Shown piece after piece: positions 7,031 to 11,843 of a DNA stretch of 11,843 nucleotides. Within the stretch, counting starts at the first letter, position 1. Each line of letters opens with the position of its first letter. A program made the translations under genes and the position numbers. The DNA lies in NCBI RefSeq assembly GCF_006345805.1, contig NW_021826809.1, positions 1-11,843 of the forward strand, given 5' to 3'. The stretch is from Octopus sinensis. Lineage: Eukaryota. Below the pieces are notes generated by a model, which saw only the letters and a list, made by a program, of their open reading frames with translations, did not search any database and was not told the origin of the DNA.

Positions 7031-7062
<32 letters not shown>
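6975..7062. repeat. (TG)n/(TA)n microsatellite
   Basis: Directly visible. Confidence 0.9.
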
Positions 7063-7065
<3 letters not shown>

Positions 7066-7246
7066 CAAGGAAGGAAATGGGGAAGAGATTCAATTGACAA
7101 ACATTAGCAAGATCTATTTGGGGATTCATTTGAGGACTTCGCTTTTGGATTATTGTGAGCTGATATCTCATCAGCTTGGAATTCTTAATTTATCTGAATA
7201 TGTAGTTATGCAATTACTTATCCTTCTTTGATTTGGGCACGGATTT

Positions 7247-7269
7247 ACTCTCTCTCTCTCTCTCTGCTC

Positions 7270-7302
<33 letters not shown>
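7247..7302. repeat. (TC)n/(TA)n microsatellite
   Basis: Directly visible. Confidence 0.9.
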
Positions 7303-7357
7303 ACTTTATACAAATAGGGTAAAGTAAATTATTTTACTTTACCCTATTTTATAAAGT
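7303..7357. repeat. 25-bp inverted repeat (hairpin) with one bulge and a 4-nt loop
   Basis: ACTTTATA(C)AAATAGGGTAAAGTAAA-TTAT-TTTACTTTACCCTATTTTATAAAGT. Confidence 0.9.
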
Positions 7358-7407
7358 AATATTTCAAATATACCGTAAATGGTCATTTTACATACCGAAC
7401 ACTGCTT

Positions 7408-7440
7408 GGTCGAATTAATTAATAATTAATTAATTCTACC
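7408..7440. repeat. AT-rich palindrome (12 bp perfect core, 15 bp with one mismatch)
   Basis: GGT-C-GAATTAATTAAT-A-ATTAATTAATTC-T-ACC. Confidence 0.8.
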
Positions 7441-7454
7441 CTTTTTTATTGACC

Positions 7455-7499
7455 TTATATATATATAATATTATATATATATATATATATTATATATAT

Positions 7500-7531
<32 letters not shown>

Positions 7532-7560
7532 TTATATTTTTATTTATATCTATATATACG
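7455..7560. repeat. (TA)n/(CA)n microsatellite
   Basis: Directly visible. Confidence 0.95.
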
Positions 7561-7882
7561 TTATGTGTTTGCATGCTTATAATGGTTTATATATGCCCTC
7601 TGTGTTTATGTATGTGTCGGCTTTAATGAGGAATATTATTGACCTTGGAACTTGTCTCTTTCAAATTAATGCTTTAATCTAATCGCTCAATAAATTGAGC
7701 CCTACTCTGTTGTTTCTTGAAAAGAGTTCACCTCTATAATTTTTCATTACCTAATGAGTTTGGGAGAGTATCTAACATTAATTAATCATCACCAGATAGA
7801 ACTTAACTGTTAATACCCAGTGGTATCAATTCTTAGTATACTAGCTGCATTAGATCTTTTGATGGTCATAAGGAGATAAATG

Positions 7883-8071
7883 TCATCATCATCATTGTTC
7901 GACCGTGGTCGAGACAATGGAATTTACTATGTTACGCCAGACTTCACGGTCCATCATAGCATTACGGAGGTCCTGTTGCTGGATGCCTGTATCCCTGGAG
8001 ATTACATCAGGGTAGGAGAGTGTGCGCCCTCTGGTATTGCGAGTAGATGGCTTCAAGGAGAAGAGTAGGAA
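7883..8071 (-). mobile_element. 5'-truncated RTE-clade LINE 3' end with (TGA)n tail
   Basis: The minus frame 8071-7895 reads FLLFSLKPSTRNTRGRTLSYPDVISRDTGIQQQDLRNAMMDREVWRNIVNSIVSTTVEQ, followed by four TGA repeats. This matches the RTE C-terminal pattern R..GR...Y.D....DTG.....L..AM.DR..WR. Confidence 0.85.
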
Positions 8072-8431
8072 CTACTTCTTTTTCAGGTTATATTTTCTGG
8101 TTATAGATAAATGTAGCTATGCTACCATCTCAGGACCCCCATTGTTATTCTCTTCTGCCTCTCCAAATTATAGTTGGGGCATTTTCTCCTTAAGTTCATT
8201 TTACTACAATAATAGCAACAGGCATGTAATTCTTTTATTCTCTAGTTCTGATGAAAAATTTGATTAAAAAATTATAATACATGTTGAAAACCTATATGGT
8301 CTTATGCATCCGTGGAAGGCGGTGTATTTCAAATTGACGTGATTGCATAGATCGATTAAATGGATCTACCTGAAACGGCTGTGGTGCACTAATACATTGA
8401 CATCCTTGTTACTTATTTGCTTTGTGTATAC

Positions 8432-8432
<1 letters not shown>

Positions 8433-8498
<66 letters not shown>

Positions 8499-8537
8499 AT
8501 ATATAGTATATATATTTATATTTATATATATATATCT

Positions 8538-8562
<25 letters not shown>
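8433..8562. repeat. (TA)n microsatellite
   Basis: Directly visible. Confidence 0.95.
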
Positions 8563-8570
<8 letters not shown>

Positions 8571-8571
8571 T

Positions 8572-8754
8572 TGTTACATTACTCGATAGTCAAGATAAAA
8601 CTCTGAGTTTCAGATGCCGAAGTGGGAATCCACGACATCTCTTCGGTTATCTGGCGATAGCGTTTTCAAATACCAGATAACCGAAGAGATGTCGTGGATT
8701 CCAATTCGGCATCTGAAACTCAGAGTTTTATCTTGACTATCGAGTAATGTAACA
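8572..8754. mobile_element. Near-perfect palindromic element (MITE/foldback-like), family unassigned
   Basis: Arms 8572-8654 and 8673-8754 are reverse complements except at one site (GTGGG vs TTGG). The spacer is 18 nt. Imperfect extension TATAAAATA reaches about 8560-8766. Confidence 0.75.
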
Positions 8755-8831
8755 TATTATTTTATAGATAAATTTCCTCTATTTACAAAATATTGAGGTC
8801 TCTTTCTTTCTTTTGTTATCTTACCGTTTTA

Positions 8832-8833
<2 letters not shown>

Positions 8834-8926
<93 letters not shown>

Positions 8927-9197
8927 TATAATGTATATATATTATACACCCAACTCATACACTCATACACACTCAAAACACACGTCAACCAACTTATAAA
9001 TACATATTTATATAAATATGTGTATGTTTATTTGTGTGTCTGTGTGTGTGTGCACGTACGTGTGTGCGTCTGTGTGTGTGTGTGTGTTCTTGTGTGAATA
9101 CACAGTGACATATAGATAGATCTATAAATAGATATATACATACATGTTTGTGTGTGTGCTGTATGTGTGACCGTTTGTACACGTTTGTGTGTGTGCG

Positions 9198-9290
<93 letters not shown>

Positions 9291-9305
9291 CAGTCAGACA
9301 GACAC
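8834..9305. repeat. Compound microsatellite (TA)n, (CA)/(TG)n, (AG)n, (AAAG)n
   Basis: Directly visible. Confidence 0.95.
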
Positions 9306-9718
9306 ACAGAGACAGAAAGGGAGAGGGATCTTCTGATTTTGTGTGTATGTCTGTTAGTGAAGTATTTCCTTCGTGTTATTTGATGATTTAAATATCTACA
9401 ATTGATAAAAACCACATAAATTTTTGTCTACAAAGATCGTATGATATTGAAAATAAATAATCACATCATTGATTACCTTATCAAATGGAGTAACTAAGAG
9501 AGGAGAGCGGAGGTGACAAACCGTGAGTAAGACAACGTGATTACGATGTATGAAGTATTTGTGATAAGCGCTGAGGAAATGGAAGTGGAGGAGGTACAAG
9601 TATTCTGAGTCAACTAATCTGCTTTGAACCAGTATTATGTCATTTCATGTCATTTCAGTGAGGCATTATCCCGATACAATGTCATATTTTGTACAGCAGA
9701 ACATAATATCGCTGGGTG

Positions 9719-10180
9719 ATGCAGGCGTGGCTGTTTATTAAGAAGCTTGCTTCCCAAACACATGGTTCCATGTTCAGTCCCACGGCGTGGCAATTTTGGC
9801 AAATGTCTTCTAATATAGCCACCGGCCGACCAAAAGCTTGTGAGTGAATTTGGTAGACGGAAACTGAAAGAAGCCCGTCGTTTACATATACACACGTGTG
9901 TGTGTGTGTTTCTATCTTTTTTGTCCACCTCCACCCTTTGACGACCGGTTTTGGTGTGTTTACGTCCCCGTAACTTTGCGGTTCGACAAAATAGATCGAT
10001 AGAGTAAGTACCAGGCTTCAAAGAAACAAAAAATAAGTACTGGGGTCGATACATTCGACTAAAAATTCTTCAGGGCACTGCTCTACCATGGCTGTTGTGG
10101 TGCACCTGAGCACTGTATACAATAATTTCATTATTATTTTATATTTTTAATGACTGAAACAAATAGAATTAAAAGATAAA
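9719..10180 (+). mobile_element. SINE family B, near full length, tail interrupted by a ~52-nt insert
   Basis: Head GCAGGCGTGGCTG..AAGAAGCTTGCTTCCC..GTTCAGTCCC, then body and GGGGTCGATACATTCGACTAA, then CCATGGCTG. The tail resumes as TAATGACTGAAACAA at about 10148. Confidence 0.85.
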
Positions 10181-10692
10181 ACACAGAATGTATTTAACCT
10201 TGAAAGTGTAATTAGTTGGGTAGGTAGTCCATTTTTAGAGCGGTTTTCAGTCCTGCCTTCTTAAAATGTTCTCAACGTCAAAGAGGCTGTGTACTTTGAA
10301 AATATCCACATTAAGGTTTGTGTGAGTTACCAAGTATTTTATTTCCCTACCTCGTTGAGTTACAGATGTACATCGAATAAATTAATATGGTGAAACTGGT
10401 ATACGGTATATTTATCACTGCATATAATGAATATATTCGTTGATACAACTTGTTTAGACCTGTGAATACGAGAAAAAGACGAGAGAGATAAGAGGTCGAC
10501 ATCCGTGCAAAAGACGACCGAGCCTTACAAATCTTGAAGTAGATCTCCTTAAGTTGAAAGTTGCTTACTTTTAAATAACTGTAGGCCTAGAAGATTCTAG
10601 AATCCATATAGTGGGAAAACGTCCTCTCAAGTAGTTACTTCAGCCATATATAAGTTAAACCGGTGCCAACTGGTTAATATTATTCGAGTAGA

Positions 10693-10897
10693 TAAGGCAG
10701 TGAGCAAGCATGATCTTTAGCGCGCAGGGCAAAATGCTTAGCGGCATTTCGTTCGTCTGCACGATCTGAATTCAAATTCCGCCAAGGTAGACTTTACCTT
10801 TCATCCTTTCGGAGTCAATAGAATAAGTACCAGTTGAGTACTGGTAATCGACTTGTCCTTCCTCTGACCTTGCTGACTTGTGCAAACATTTGAAATC
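10693..10897 (+). mobile_element. Monomeric SINE family A copy with probable 17-bp TSD
   Basis: Head AAGGCAGTGAGC..AAAATGCTTAGCGGCATTTCG..GAATTCAAATTCCGCCAAGGTAGACTTTACCTTTCATCCTTTCGGAGTC. Flanking direct repeats AATATTATTCGAGTAGA (10676-10692) and AATATCATTCGAGTAGA (10898-10914). Confidence 0.85.
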
Positions 10898-10995
10898 AAT
10901 ATCATTCGAGTAGAGTAACTATTTTCCTCTTATCGCAATAATTTAGATTGTAACTCTTGACTGTGAAAATATGAAAACTATGGTTCGAATCTGTC

Positions 10996-11038
10996 GAGAG
11001 GATTTGGTAGACGGAGACTGGAAAAAACCCGTCGTATA

Positions 11039-11083
<45 letters not shown>

Positions 11084-11088
11084 TGGTA

Positions 11089-11122
<34 letters not shown>

Positions 11123-11345
11123 ATATGTTTGTGCGTTTGTGTTTGTCCCCCTAACATGCTTGACAACCGATGCTGGTGTGTTTTCGTCCCCGTAACTTAG
11201 CGGTTCAGCAAAGAGATCGATAGAATATGAACTAGGCTTACAAAGAATAAGTCCTGGGATTGATTTGCTCGACTAAAGGCGGTGCTCCAGCATGGCCACA
11301 ATCAAATGACTGAAACAAGTAAAATAGTAGAAGAGTAAAAGAGTA
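10996..11345 (+). mobile_element. 5'-truncated SINE family B with expanded internal microsatellite
   Basis: GGATTTGGTAGACGGAGACTG..CCCGTCG, (TA)n(TG)n at 11035-11125, body, tail GGCGGTGCTCCAGCATGGCCACAATCAAATGACTGAAACAAGTAAAA and (AGAGTAAA)-like repeats. Confidence 0.9.
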
Positions 11346-11843
11346 ACTAGCAGTCAGCATTGATTTCTATGATAATGATCACACGCATGCGTAGACGGTG
11401 TGTGTCCACATCACTTACGGCTATCTTGCTAAACCTGTCACATGTCGAAGTTGTGTAGAGTACTTTTAGGCTTAAATTTTTTTTTTTTTTTACTCTTTTG
11501 CTCTTTCTTGTTATCTCTGATCTTTGGTTCTTTAAGATATAAGTTACTGCAGACTCTATCGAAGTCCTTGAGATACATCATGGTCACTCACAAGGTTTGA
11601 GTTCACCAGATGTAAGTTAAGATTTTTAGATTTTTGTTTTAAGTGCCATGCAACAGATTTGAGCCCAGTATCTCTTGGAACTTTTTAACCAGTTCAATAC
11701 ACCCATTCATTGATATCATAACATTCGTCCACACAGATGCATAAAAACTATCGATTTTTTTCCAGTAGCTAGCGCAGACAGGGTCTTTAGCTGCATTACA
11801 ATATAAGCCTCTATTACATATTGCAATGAGATCACTAAGTTGA

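Noticed and set aside
6182-9415. ORFs rich in YI, HT, CV, ERK or LSFF repeats (e.g. 6182-6442, 6836-7063, 7449-7682, 8343-8564, 8793-8999, 9122-9415, 9148-9391)
   Set aside because: They are translations of microsatellites that lack stop codons, with no evidence of real coding.
9650-10054. 134-aa minus-strand ORF
   Set aside because: It is an antisense reading of a family B SINE. The same applies to 273-458, 633-833 and 1891-2208.
11639-11842. 67-codon stop-free minus-strand frame running off the right edge (QLSDLIAICNRG..)
   Set aside because: No recognisable motif, and open frames of this length are expected by chance in a window this size. Sequence beyond the edge would be needed.
1-11843. 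CRISPR-like array, prokaryotic operon or defence system
   Set aside because: There are no regularly spaced direct repeats with unique spacers and no intact genes. The sequence is eukaryotic and the repeats are dispersed SINE copies.

Overview
AT-rich, microsatellite-dense eukaryotic non-coding DNA (intergenic or deep intron) with no intact protein-coding gene. The repeat families match my recollection of octopus (coleoid cephalopod) genomic repeats; this is an inference, not a database result. Most non-microsatellite sequence is a nested set of decayed mobile elements. These are: three tRNA-derived SINE families (labelled A, B, C here), a 1.48-kb Tc1/mariner transposon with ~350-bp IR/DR-type terminal inverted repeats and a dead TRT/DD37E-like transposase inserted into a SINE, 3' fragments of three non-LTR clades (CR1/L2, RTE, R4/Dong), a non-autonomous Helitron-like element, a near-perfect ~185-bp palindrome (MITE-like) and a tRNA-Glu-like relic. 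The strongest new-looking signal is that the CR1/L2-type LINE 3' UTR and the family-B SINE tail share a two-hairpin end with compensatory stem changes, which nominates a SINE-LINE partnership. I see no evidence for a novel multi-gene system. Most listed ORFs are microsatellite or antisense artefacts.
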